Assembly (NCBI GenBank): GCA_012026655.1
Contig: JAAILG010001280.1
Coordinates: 1-64,000 of the forward strand
Direction of reading: 5' to 3'
Length of the DNA: 64,000 nt
From: Hydrolagus affinis
Taxonomy: Eukaryota
The position numbers and the translations under genes are program-made. The notes beneath the pieces are model-generated. The model was not told the DNA's origin and ran no database searches. It saw only the letters and a list, made by a program, of their open reading frames with translations. Of the stretch, positions 52,990 through 64,000 are shown in pieces. Numbering within the stretch: position 1 is the stretch's first letter; every line of letters starts with the position of its first letter.

Positions 52990-53945
52990 GGGTGCAGCTA
53001 CTCTTGCAACCAAAGGATGCAATATGCAAAGTAGATTTCAGTGATACCACTGACATTCAACACGCTAATACTGTGTGTACACCTTAAGCAAAACTGCCGT
53101 ACATGTGCGATGAGCTTGTTTGTGTCACAGCTCATCAATGATAGAAGTTCCTATCAAAGCTACAGTAACCAAAAGGGGTTTACAGTGGTGATCAGGCAGG
53201 TTATTGCAATGCTTCTGTGTAGATGACATTTGCAGTTTTTCCTCCTTCGGCCATGATACGCAGTTTTTATAATGAATCCACACATGAGCACCCAACTTAG
53301 AATTGTTCATTGAAAAAGCATGGTGTATTAAAAGAAAAAGGCCAGCAGACTTTAAGCTCTACCCCCTGTGCCTTGTTAATTTACATAGCAAAGCACATTC
53401 ACACAGGGAATTGGGAGTCTTTCGAACTCAAACGGGCAGTCACTTGGGATGCAAGGAATGAATACATTTTCCTGACCATCTTCCTTTGAACTGACCAGTC
53501 AGAATAGTTGCTTCTATAACATGTGGCATCAACTGCTTTACCACTAACCTTGTCCTTTCAGCATTCAAGTCCAGCCATGCTGTTCTTTGAGCAGGCAACT
53601 CATTTAGTTGTATTCTTGCATGCCCTTCTGGGTTGAAGTCCAACCGTGTTGTTCTTTGTTCTCAGTTTCATTTAATCGGCCTTCTGGATTTTGTCTAACA
53701 TTTTTATTTGACCTTGAAAGGCTTGTTCTTCACTTCTAAGGCATCTTCATCATGAAGATTAAGAAAATGTGCTGTAGGGAGGACTTAGTGGAAGGGCTCC
53801 TGTTGTAGGACTCCTTTTGGGAGGACTCCTTGTTGGAGTCCATACACATGTGATGAGCTTGTTTAGGTCAAATGAGATCCCCGAAAATATATATATATAT
53901 ATATGCCTATGAGCATAACCCACGGAAGACCAATGAGTTAGTTAT
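52990..53945 (-). mobile_element. Helitron relic with degraded PIF1-type helicase C-terminus
   Basis: Minus strand 53560-53280 reads TRLVVKQLMPHVIEATILTGQFKG...DCPFEFERL..FPV..CFAM*INKAQG*SLK.AGL, matching RepHel motifs (NGTRL; FAMTINKSQGQSL) with stops and frameshifts. Outer boundaries uncertain. Confidence 0.8.
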
Positions 53946-55349
53946 AAATCATATCCCTCTACCAATCAGTTATTGCGTTATTGGTGGGTGAGAACAACAA
54001 CATTACATTTATAGAGCGCCTTTCACATCTGGAGAAGACACACAGAGACATTTAATCTTTATTAGTGTAGATGCTGTGTTCTGGCTTCTTTTATTGAAAA
54101 TTCAAGTTTTATTCTTGAGTTGAATGTTATAAACTTGCAGTTGATGTTCAGTTTCTTTTCTAATAAACTGACATGTTTTTGTTTATATAGTAAACTCAGT
54201 ATTTACTGAAGAAATGTCACATTTTAAAAGTTGTTTACATTTAGATTCATAAACCAATGAAGAAATTACTGAATTTTTGAATCATAGTACAGGTATCTGC
54301 ACAATTGTATATATTGTATGTGTAAATATAAGTTGTTTAGTTTGTAATGGTAAATTTATCCATTTCAAAATACACAATCTGCACAGTAGATTCCCTGAAG
54401 TCATCTTTTTTTCCCTTTCGCATACCACATCTTTAGAGATAGTAAAATAAGTGTGGTCCCAACAGATTTAATGATGTGGTAACCTTTTTTTGACTATATT
54501 TTCTAAGGTGCTGAGGTGACTGAATAAGAAAGATTTTGTTTGATTCTGGGTACAATAAAAAATTATGGTTTATGAAATTCACATTTATCCAATTTAAGTT
54601 TTATTTAAATCTTGTTTGTCATCACAAATTTGTTTCTTACAGTGCTGTCCTTGGATATATTGGTACTCAATTTTTAAAAATAAACATTGTACTCATTAGT
54701 GGGGGTATTTTTTTGTGAACAAAATACAATTTGGACACCTAGGGGATGAAACTGCGGTTTAGTAGTCACCGCCCTTCCCAATATGCATTTATTGTGAAGG
54801 ACTGCACTTAATCAAGGAAGTAAGTTTGCTGACGAGTAGAAATGTTTGCCATAGGGTCAACAAAAAAAAACACACTACCTTGTCAGATTTAACATACTTC
54901 GACTTCAAACCCACAGAAATTCACCAGCACTACACTCCTCATGGTTACCATGCTTAAGAGAGCAGCTTACAAAGCTCCAGTCACCTATACTTGTGGAAAA
55001 GGCTTATCCAAGTACACTCTCCAAGTTAATCGATGAGGCAGTTAGTTGCTCACATGATGTAAATCTTCACTCAGCTGGGTCTTTTAGTAAACCTGGAGAA
55101 GTCGCAATTACAATCTTCCCAGGATATCATCTTTAGAGAGGCCAATTTCTAATTAATGTTAGATAAGGTTTTTCTGCCAGATTACATATTCTTGGGCATC
55201 TAAGTCCATCTTATTTACGGAACAGTTCAGGCTAAAAACTATTCAATTCTTCAACAATACTGTTCAATTAGTTACACTAAGCAATAAGTGTAGAAAAATA
55301 TACTCAACATTAAAATATTTTTTCTCCTAATTTTCTTTAGGTGCTAATT

Positions 55350-55732
55350 TGTGCAAGGATATGGTTCCATGATTGCTGGAAGCCCTTTGGGATCTCACCC
55401 AAGTGGCCATTCTTCATGTGTGAGCCTTGACAATGAGTGTTGGCAGGCTATTCGACTATGGGGAGGATCACAGCCGAGTGCAATGTTGTTCTCACTCAAT
55501 GTCCACACATACATACTTTCCAGCAGGGGTTACTGGATAGTGATTAGGAGTGGGATCCCTGGCTGAGTTTTCTCTTTCTAGTCCAGGGGAGGCAAGGCCA
55601 ATTGTAGCACCCCTACTGATGCCCTGGCTGCGATCAGCTAACTCAGCACAGACCCAATAATAGAACCTGCATCCTTATGGTTTTGATGGCTCAGAGCACC
55701 ATTTGAGATACCTTTACTCTCTAGACTATCAG
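55350..55732 (-). mobile_element. Ancient tRNA-headed SINE-like repeat of a second family
   Basis: Minus strand has a decayed tRNA-like head followed by GGTCTGTGCTGAGTTAGCTGATCGCAGCC...GCTACAATTGGCCT; related fragments appear near 60210-60362 and 28090-28180. Family name not assigned. Confidence 0.55.
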
Positions 55733-56318
55733 AACTTAAAGGAAATTCTTAATTGCAAAAATACACACATACTTAACATTAAAGAAAAATTTGTAACTTA
55801 AGAATGTTACCTATGAAAAGTAGAACACCTTTGTACTAAAATGCAAACAAAACCCCATATAATTATGAGATGGAAGGATTTTTGTCATCCTGAGTAAAAT
55901 ACTGTGAGAAGCATATAATCAAACAATTATTAATGGCTATGCACACTTGTCATTTGCATGGCTGTACTTTCAACTGACATTTACACTTGAACACAATGTA
56001 AAGCTGAATAGTTATTTAAGGATTTTTTTAAGACTTGATACAATTGCCTGAAATATATGTCAATAAATATATATATGTTAATGATGTAATCGTATTACAT
56101 TTTATGAATGAAATCTGGGAAAATTTAAGGCCAGTAAATTAGGTTTTGAGTTTCAGAAAATTAAGGAAATTAAAATGCTGTGCAGGATTGACTTAGATTG
56201 AAACCTTGCCTCTTTTAATATCAATGATCGTATGGTGCAGTTGTATCTTTAATATTGATGTGATAACATTTTTGAGTAATGCAGGAAAGCAGAATGCAGG
56301 TACACTGCCCACTTGCTT

Positions 56319-56450
56319 TAATAATAATAATCTTTACACTTGATATAGCTCTTTCCACGTCTTCTAGACGTCTCAAAGCGCTTCACAGAATATACTATAA
56401 ACTGAATTGATTGTATATATTTTTTGGGTGAAACACGGCAGCAAATTGCA
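56319..56450 (-). mobile_element. Same SINE family, 3' fragment
   Basis: Tail plus 3' body only. Confidence 0.85.
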
Positions 56451-57927
56451 TGGTATTTGCTTGCTTCAACTGCCACTAAAAATTTTAATTGAAGCCCATT
56501 TTCTAACTTCGATAATGCTTCCAAAGAGTGGGTACCAGGGAAGCCGGATTTACATTTATTGCTCTTAATTGAATTGACCAGGGACAGGCATATTCAACTG
56601 AGCAACCAGTTCTTCAATAACAGTAAATAAGTTTCCTTAAAAGTTCTTGAAGTTAAGCTTCAGAATCGCTCATCTTTCATTCATACTGGACTTAAAATGG
56701 CAAACTGCCACACAAAACTGCTGCATAAAATGGGCATAATCCCAAATAGAGCATGGTGCGTACAAGTAAGAAGCAATACTAAGCTATAACTTCACAGTAG
56801 TTAGATGGTTTTGGATCACCCACTGGCTAGTCCAAACAGTTCTGTTAAACTAAATGGAAGAGATGTTTCCTCCATGATCCACATCACCAGCGCAATCCAG
56901 CAACTGAAAAGGCAGATCCAGAAGGCCGATTAAATATGACTAAAATATTAATTATTTCTATTTTTTATCTTGAGCTAGGGAATAACAGTGCACAAAATAT
57001 TACTGTACTACATCTATTCTTGCCTTTAAAGAGTCAAGTGGAGTATCTTGTCGGGAGAACCGTCATTGGCTTAGGAAACACATTTGGAGTCATTCGTCTT
57101 TCCTGACTTAAAGAGTTTTAGTTATAATTTGAATGGCCCAGAGATGGATAGCATGTATGATGAGTGTTTACTTTTACTTGTGCATGTACACCAGGTGTGT
57201 GACCAAACATGGTTCTGGTTTGTGATGCAATTCTTAAAACATTCTTTCTAAATGAAACAAAGTTGCACAGAGATATGGAAATTGTTAGCCTTGTTGGTAT
57301 AACACTAATTCAAGTAAGGAAAAACATTTGAAAGCTGAATCTGAATTTCACCTACAAAGGATGCTTTTTTTTATATAGAGATATAGTACTCTTGGGAATG
57401 AAACAACTCAAACATTTTGAAGCAAAATTCTCTGGGGGGCTCTAAAAACAGCCTGATCCAAATAAAATATAGAATTGTCATAAGAGCTTTTAAGTTCAGT
57501 AGCTCAAAATTCTAAAGGAGAACAAGAAATCTGAATATTTTATGGTTGGGAACTTTTAGGCCATAAAATGAGGTAGGCTTCAAAACAGCAAACGTATTTA
57601 TAGAGGACAGGGATAAGATTTCACTGATGTGCCAACACACATTTTCCAGGCTCCATTCTTGTACTTAATCAAGAGATGCCCTCCAACAGATTTCCTTATC
57701 CCGTAGAAGTTAAATCTGATGCAGGATAGGGAGAAATAAGTACATGAGGAAGTGTCAATACCTGTATCAAACTCCATTTACCAACCAAGAAAGATGCGAA
57801 TACATTTCCTAGAAGTACTTTTTTGTAACTGAGTAAACAGCTTTATTTTATCAGGAAGCACTAGTAGGCACTTGGCTGAATATATTATTAAAGTATATAG
57901 AACTACAGATCTAGTTACTGTAAAATG

Positions 57928-58423
57928 TGTCACCAAACTCCGCGACCACATCACTCCCACCCTTGCCCGGCTCCATTGACTCTCCATCCCCCAGAGGATC
58001 AAATTCAAGATCCTCGTTCTCACTTTCAAAGAAATTCATGGCCTTGCTCCTTCCTAGCTCTCCGACCTGTTATCCCCCTATGAACCTGCCACCACCCCAG
58101 CGGGCTCCGGTCTGCTGCATGCCTACCGCCCGACTTGCCTTCCCATCGGTGGATAGGCTTTCAGCCTCTCTGCCCACAGTCTGGAACTCCATCCCACAAT
58201 CCCTTTGCCTCATTTCCTCTTTTGCCTCCTTCAAGGCCGGTCTCAAGACCCTTCTCTTCGATCGTGCCTTCTGCTGCCCTCCCAACACTCTCCATCCCCT
58301 CTTGACTCTCTCCAGCCACTTCCCCCTAACCTGCCTCTTTCTTGCTCGGTTCCTGACCTGCCTGTTCAGCGCCTTGGGCCATCCTCCCAACATGAAAGGC
58401 GCTCTATAAATGTAATTTTGTTG
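57928..58423 (+). mobile_element. Relatively young L2 LINE 3' fragment
   Basis: RDHITPTLARLH*LSIPQRIKFKILVLTFK...VWNSIPQSL..FKAGLKTLLFDRAF; intact tail. Confidence 0.92.
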
Positions 58424-58866
58424 TGTGAATGCCTAGAACAATGCAATCTTGTTTCCTAATATAAATTTGGATACAGTCACCATTCTATGGAAGACAAAAT
58501 AGATGTGTTTATAAAGCATAATAATTTCACTCATCTCTCAATTTTACCAAGTTTGGAAGAGAAAAGAATGGAGAATTCTCTCTAATATCCCAAAAAGCCA
58601 ATGCCAATGGTACTTGGTAGAACACCTCAACACACTGCTTTTCATTCAACTGCAGTGTGAGATTACACCCAACTGAATTCAATGTTTAAATAAAAGCACC
58701 ATTGCAAAGTAACACAGGATTATTTATTTAGCTTAAACACCTACCTATTACGCAAAGGTACAGAATACATCCCCCTTTCCTTCAAACACCCCAACACATT
58801 GCAAAATATTGAGAACTGAGGTTTCTGAAATGATTATTGTGAGTTCCTCTCCAAATAACCGGAAAT

Positions 58867-58872
58867 TTTATT
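58867..58872 (-). terminator. Candidate polyadenylation signal (AATAAA) of the NCOA5-like gene
   Basis: tttatt on plus; preceded on the minus strand by U-rich, TGTA-containing UTR-like sequence (58880-59500). Another AATAAA lies at 59350-59355. Confidence 0.45.
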
Positions 58873-59517
58873 GGTTTCAAATACAGTAAAGAAATTGTAT
58901 TACTTTAATTGAGATACTAAACATTGCTTTTATCAAATCAATGCAGCACTTTTACAATGCTCAGTACAAAAAAGCAGTCAAGTGAACAACAGTTTTACAA
59001 ATCTGGATAAGATAATACTGTAAGATGATATTTGTTGAACTTTCAATTATACATGGTTTACACACCAATTGAGAGGGCAATCTTATTTATCTTCTGACTC
59101 TGTAAAAAATATCACCGTACAATAAAATCTTACTAAAAAAGGATCTCAGAAACAGAATGGAGGGAATATCAATGAGCATCTAACAAGTCAAATAATAAAC
59201 AACCAACTCTAAAGATATAGAGCAAGACGAGAATTTTTCCTAACTTTTTAAAACCATTCACGGTGGCATTTAAAAATTACAAAAATTGTCCTTACACAAG
59301 AGTGTGGGCATACATCTTCAAAAAGAAATTTTTGAACTTTACAATGGGATTTATTTTAAATACTAAAATACTACAAATCAGTCTGTGACAATTCACCAAG
59401 GAGTCCTGTGGTATTGGCTTGGCATCATACTTGTGGTGCTCTTCAAATATTGTTGTGTTGGTCTTACAAACTCCGCTCCAAAGCAGCGTGCATTCGGATA
59501 TTTCATGTGGCTGTTGC

Positions 59518-59555
59518 TTACTGTGGCTGGGGCCTAGTACCTAACTTTAAATGAG
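59518..59555 (-). CDS. Tentative terminal coding exon of the NCOA5-like gene (THLKLGTRPQPQ*)
   Basis: Acceptor tttttatttgttccaacacag|CT CAT TTA...CAG TAA is phase-compatible and followed by UTR-like sequence. Nearby AGs would give other frames, so the assignment is uncertain. Confidence 0.38.
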
Positions 59556-60745
59556 CTGTGTTGGAACAAATAAAAATTATTTGCTGTGCAGGATACCGAG
59601 ATCCAATATAAAGTTCACAACTATACTTTGCAATAAGGTGAGAGCTTAGTGAACAACAAGCAAAATAGGATGAAATTCAAATTCAGAAAGAAAAATTAAA
59701 ACAGGCCTGCAACTAAGAAGCAGCTTTTAACAAATTATGGGCACTCAAAAGGATCCCACATTCAAGCTCCTCCCTTGTTCTGCTAAAATATCATTATTAT
59801 TATCATTCACAAAATGAAGTGCTGTGCAGAAGCATTACATTATAATTAGAGAGTTTTAAATCTCCACAAATCACATATGGAAATGGAGAAAACCAAGAAG
59901 CAATGAGAACCAAGAAGCATAATAGCCAATTCTTGGCTATTATGGTGATGTCAAATTTGTTCATGTGTTAGCAATGAGAAGATGGTTTTCCCACCTAGCT
60001 TAACCCATTTTGGTTAATTAGTCCATGATTAAATATAAAATAATATAGTAACACTAAATTGACTGTTAAAATAACCTGCATTTATATAGTGCCCTTTATG
60101 TGGGATAGTGTCTCAGAGTGCTCAACAGTGGTTGAGCTCAAATATGAGGAAAGAATGTTCCAGGCTAGATAAACATGTGGTACTTTTTCCATACAATGTG
60201 CACATGGGTGCTTTTTCCCCCCAGGGATGTGAAGGTCAATTCTAGATTTTCTAACTACCATCTCGCTAAAATCAGTTACTCAGAAAAGACGGGAAATTAA
60301 CCTGTCAATCTGCAATGGTTTTGTTCTACACCGGTGAAGGATCGGGATGCTTTTCTACTGAACCGTTAAATAACTCAAAGCACAGGTTTTTTTAATATAA
60401 TTTCTCAACTGCTGTACAAAATGCACAAATGTGACACACCAGCGGTTTGAAAACCTAATTTCAGAACAGCAGTCCTCAAACGTATTAGAAAGAGGTTAGT
60501 TAGTTCAATGAACTGGATTTCCCCTCAAATTCTGAAAATAAGTATTCCCAGTTTTGTTTGTTTAATTATGCTAAAGACAGAAACAACAACACTTTAATTG
60601 TGATTTTAATAACATTACTCAGGAATCACAACATCACTGTCATGCAAGTTTGAATACACTGAATAATATTCAGAAATGTTGATAATGCATTAACCTTTAC
60701 CGAAAAAAAGTTTGGTTTAATATAAAACTTCAATTGTATACTAAC

Positions 60746-60943
60746 TTGGAACAGGCAGAAGAGCTCTTATTGGGCGATCACCCAAGAGTGGAGCTTTTTT
60801 CTGAGTAAGTGGTGCTTGACCCAAAAGTGGTGGCCTGCTTGGTGTTGGGAGAAGGGGTTTAGGCTTGCTTGAGCATTGTGAAACTGTGCCTTGATCATAG
60901 TAATTCTCAGTCGCAACAGTTGCTTGAGCAGCAGCAGCAATAC
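60746..60943 (-). CDS. NCOA5-like protein, Pro/Leu-rich exon (GIAAAAQATV...PKPLLPTPSRPPLLGQAPLTQKKAPLLGDRPIRALLPVP)
   Basis: Acceptor ttttcccgccattgtag|GT ATT, donor CCA A|gttagt; 198 nt, phase 1-1, in frame with the preceding exon; GC-richer than its flanks. If unspliced, the frame stops at 60743-60741. Confidence 0.78.
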
Positions 60944-61823
60944 CTACAATGGCGGGAAAATATTTATAAAATACACGCATCATAACAATATAAAATAACA
61001 TTAAGAGCAGTAAGATCAGTAGTGTAATTATAAAACTTATATTAAGGAATACATTTGCAGCGAATTGCATACCAATGAATGGGAAATCATTATCAATATC
61101 ATTTTCCGTTTCAGCTATTCTTTCCTGAAACCAAAATTCAAATAACTGAAAACTGTTGCGGCAATTCTGCTCTGAGCCAACTTATCTTATCCTTGTCACA
61201 TGTTACTTGTGCCCAATAGCTGCAGTCTTTGCCTCCAAAACATTCATTGTTAATCATTTTATCTTGTAAATAATTTATACTTTGTAAAGGGCAACTTACA
61301 AGAGTAAATTGTAGTTAAAAACCATTGAAAATATATGTACCCTTTAATTCAAAAACCGTTTAGTTCATTAAGGGTAATTAATATAGGGAATCCTGTTATA
61401 ATGCAGTTATCGAGATCATTGGTGGCTGGTCATCTTTTTGATAAACTTCAACCAACTAGCCAGTTACCACGGAAATGGACCTTCGCATATTAAATGCCAG
61501 TTTAATGATTTCTGTAATCCAGTTTTGCATGGAAGGAAAGAGCTTGCAGTCACATCAGACTCTATTCTATGCAAGTGTGTCTGGGTTGTTATTAAATATC
61601 ACATGTCACTTGAAGCATCAGGTTTTCATTGCTTCATTGAATGTTTTTTTTATTGCATTTGGTCGAATTCAAATACTTCACTTAAAACATTTAGATGCAA
61701 CTGCAAATGTGTTAACTTTTGTCTCAAGCGCATTTAAAAATAAGTGCATTTGCAATTGGACGCAAGTCTGGTCACTCCCATTGAAATTAATTAATCTAAA
61801 GCTAACTACTACAAATGCAGTTA

Positions 61824-62205
61824 CCGTAAATCTCCGCGTATAAGGCATTTTTTTCATGTCATAAAATCTCGAAAGAGGGGGGTGCGCCTTATACGCAGAT
61901 ACAAGGAAAAGACGACCAGCCCCCAGAAGTACGTCATCAAACTGCGCCGCCAGTACGACTACCCGCTCTCCAGGATCGGCAATGCAGACCAGGCGCTACT
62001 CACCTTCGATGCCTGGTAATTCTTACTGCACCGCCGCTGGATTTTTTTTTTCAGTGGAAATCTTTTTTTCGATGATATCGCCAGTGGGAAAAAAAATTCC
62101 ACTGGCAATATCATCGAAAATGCTTTCTTTTTTTTCACCATGAGGTGGTCAAAAATGGGGGGTGCGCCTTATACGCGAGTGTACCTTATACGCGGGTATT
62201 TACGG
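61824..62205. mobile_element. Young Tc2/pogo-like MITE with TA target-site duplication
   Basis: TA|CCGTAAATCTCCGCGTATAAGG ... CCTTATACGCGGGTATTTACGG|TA; internal repeat GGGGGTGCGCCTTATACGC; CpG retained. Confidence 0.88.
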
Positions 62206-62253
62206 TAAGTGTTTTTTATTCAATGGATATAATTATTATATTTCATCACAAAC

Positions 62254-62535
62254 CCGCTTCATACTGCTCCTTTCTCTGGCCCAAGTACTCAGCTAATTTC
62301 TGCATCTCTTCAGGATAAAGATGTTTTCCATCACCCAGCAGAAACAGAAGATGGCGAACGTGGCTTGGCACAATGTGGGTTTCCTCATAATATTCACGAT
62401 GTAGGTAATCATCAGCCAAGCTAGCTGCTTTGTATGCAATCTCAAGTCGTTCTTTTTCTTGTTGTTCACCATAAACACGTTTGTGCTCACGAGAAATGAG
62501 GTCCAAAGCATCATCCAAAGGCATATTACGATGCT
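62254..62535 (-). CDS. NCOA5-like protein, internal exon (EHRNMPLDDALDLISREHKR...HLLFLLGDGKHLYPEEMQKLAEYLGQRKEQYEA)
   Basis: Acceptor ccctttttctatag|AG CAT CGT AAT ATG, donor GCG G|gtttgt; 282 nt, phase 1-1, no stops. Aligns by eye to NCOA5 (EHRNMP.ADA..LVAR.YERY..E.REKEREEIAR.AA.MAD...LINLLAD.RYLT.EE.DKII.YLR.RKE), including the LxxLL box at 62350-62336. Too divergent to call NCOA5 itself. Confidence 0.88.
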
Positions 62536-62557
62536 CTATAGAAAAAGGGCAACATTG

Positions 62558-62700
62558 ACAACAAAATTACTCTTGTAATAACAACTCCTTCATGTTGGGA
62601 AGTTGACCTTAGGCCCTGGACAGTCATTGTTTCAGACTCGAGCTGAGGGGTTGAGATTGGGGAGGATGCAGGGCAGAAGGAGAGGAATCGAAGGCATGAT
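62558..62700 (-). mobile_element. L2 3' tail fragment next to the NCOA5-like exon acceptor
   Basis: ACAACAAAATTAC...CTGGACAGTCATTGTTTCAGA is shared with the copy at 28316. Confidence 0.75.
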
Positions 62701-63043
62701 CTCTTTGTCATAGCTATAACTTACACTGAAATTTGTGAAGCAGAAACAGTTGCTCATGTAGCTACAAGAATGTGAGTGGAAGTTTTAAAATATGTACAAT
62801 TTCTGAACATAATTTATCAGGAGCACAATATAATGCAGAAAAATTATGTTCATAGGAAATTATTTGAAAGGGATTTTAATAATATATACAGCATGCAGAA
62901 CGTGATGCATAAAAATTAAATAATTAATTGAATTTTGACCCAGGTCAAAAAGTAATTGACTTTAAACTGTTCCACTCACAACTGAGTGATAATTCAGAAT
63001 TAACATGTACATGCATAATGTTTTGATCCAACTTTGGTGATGG

Positions 63044-63074
63044 AGCAGCTCCCTGTCAGACCACTAGATGGCAC
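63044..63074 (+). promoter_or_regulatory. CTCF core motif CCACTAGATGGCAC with upstream-module-like AGCAGCTCCC
   Basis: Core at 63061-63074 matches the consensus; a GCAG..CC element lies at about the spacing of the CTCF upstream (ZF9-11) module. Confidence 0.62.
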
Positions 63075-63305
63075 AGTGTAGGAAATGTATTCTCCAGTTC
63101 AGAACTGACCCAACTCAAATTGTGGCTTCCCAGAGAAGTTTGGCAGTAAATGTAACAAACATCCTGTGTATAGTTGGAGATATAATTTGCCCATCATTCC
63201 ATGGGGAAAGTTTGTGTGCAGCCCAAAAACAAGGTTGCCTACCAGCATTCTGTCTTCAAATTAGCACATTGCAATAGTATACAAATGTTATACATGTGGT
63301 GGCAG

Positions 63306-63520
63306 TAATAATAATCCTTGCATTTGATATAGCGCTTTTCACATCTTATCAACTTCTCAAAGCGCTTCACAGAATATACTGTAAAGTGAAGATTGTATAT
63401 TTGTGGGCGAGACACGACAGTAAATTGTGCACTGTAGTGCCCCACAAACAGTCGTGGATTGAAATGATCAATTTTATTATTGTTTTTTTTGGACAGATTA
63501 TTATTATGCATGTGGAAGTA
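63306..63520 (-). mobile_element. Same SINE family, 5'-truncated
   Basis: Tail and body up to the CORE-like segment. Confidence 0.87.
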
Positions 63521-63751
63521 TTATTATTAGGTACAGTAGCTTAAAAGAGAATTAGCTTTGAAGCCCACTTTCTAGGTTGGGTAACATATGGAATCATATG
63601 TCTGACTCATACCATTAAAGTGGTAGGAAGGATTCCCTAAATTTCTTATGTTGAATTAGTTTAGCCAGGTTGTCACCATCAGTGTTAAGCAAAGCAGAGA
63701 TGGAAGTCTACCTATAAAATATGTTTTCCTACAGCCAGAAACCAGAACAAG

Positions 63752-64000
63752 TAATAATAATAATAATAATAATAATCCTTGCATTTGATATAGCGCTTTT
63801 CATGTGTTCTAGATGTCTCAAAGCACTTCACAGAATATCCTGTAAAGTGAATTGACTGTATAATTGTGGGCGAAACGCAGCAGCCAATTGCGCACTGCAG
63901 TGTCCCATAAACAGTAGTGGATTGAAATGACCAATTTTTTTTGAGGGATTATTATTAAGCGTGTGGAGTATGGAAACTAGACCAAGGTTTCACTCTGCCT
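63752..64000 (-). mobile_element. Same SINE family, cut by the window edge
   Basis: Long (TAA)n tail on plus, with colinear body. Confidence 0.88.

Noticed and set aside
59918-59944. 12-bp perfect hairpin CATAATAGCCAA-TTC-TTGGCTATTATG
   Set aside because: Short, AT-rich and adjacent to a small tandem duplication; most likely a local replication or repair scar.
60944-61070. Hydrophobic, transmembrane-like start of ORF 60741-61070
   Set aside because: AT-rich intron upstream of the acceptor at 60944; the hydrophobicity reflects T-richness.
61438-61843. 99- and 122-aa plus-strand ORFs
   Set aside because: Antisense within an NCOA5-like intron, one running into a MITE; no homology or splice support.

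Overview
Eukaryotic, vertebrate genomic DNA. The repeat content (abundant L2 and CR1 LINE relics, Deu-domain tRNA-SINEs with L2 tails, old palindromic elements) suggests a cartilaginous fish, possibly a chimaera; this is an inference. The window holds the 5' part of ZNF423 on the minus strand: a CpG-island promoter, coding exon 1 (49468-49429, NuRD-binding MSRRKQxKP motif), exon 2 (36102-36043) and exon 3 (20606-20406, first C2HC-type zinc finger). Intron 3 runs off the left edge. About 9 kb upstream, in tandem on the minus strand, lies the 3' end of a divergent NCOA5-like gene (exons 62535-62254 and 60943-60746, plus a tentative terminal exon and 3'UTR). The rest is intron and intergenic DNA with L2/CR1 fragments, SINEs, several MITEs, a Helitron helicase relic, long hairpins and candidate cis-elements. 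I found no CRISPR array, true tRNA/rRNA or prokaryote-type system, and cannot establish a new biological system from sequence alone. The best leads are: the apparently intact NCOA5 paralog whose exon carries repeated LLGxxP/LLPxP motifs; a candidate intronic promoter and alternative first exon giving a NuRD-motif-less ZNF423; EBF/ZNF423-type sites in intron 3; a divergent CTCF pair; and two near-perfect intronic hairpins.
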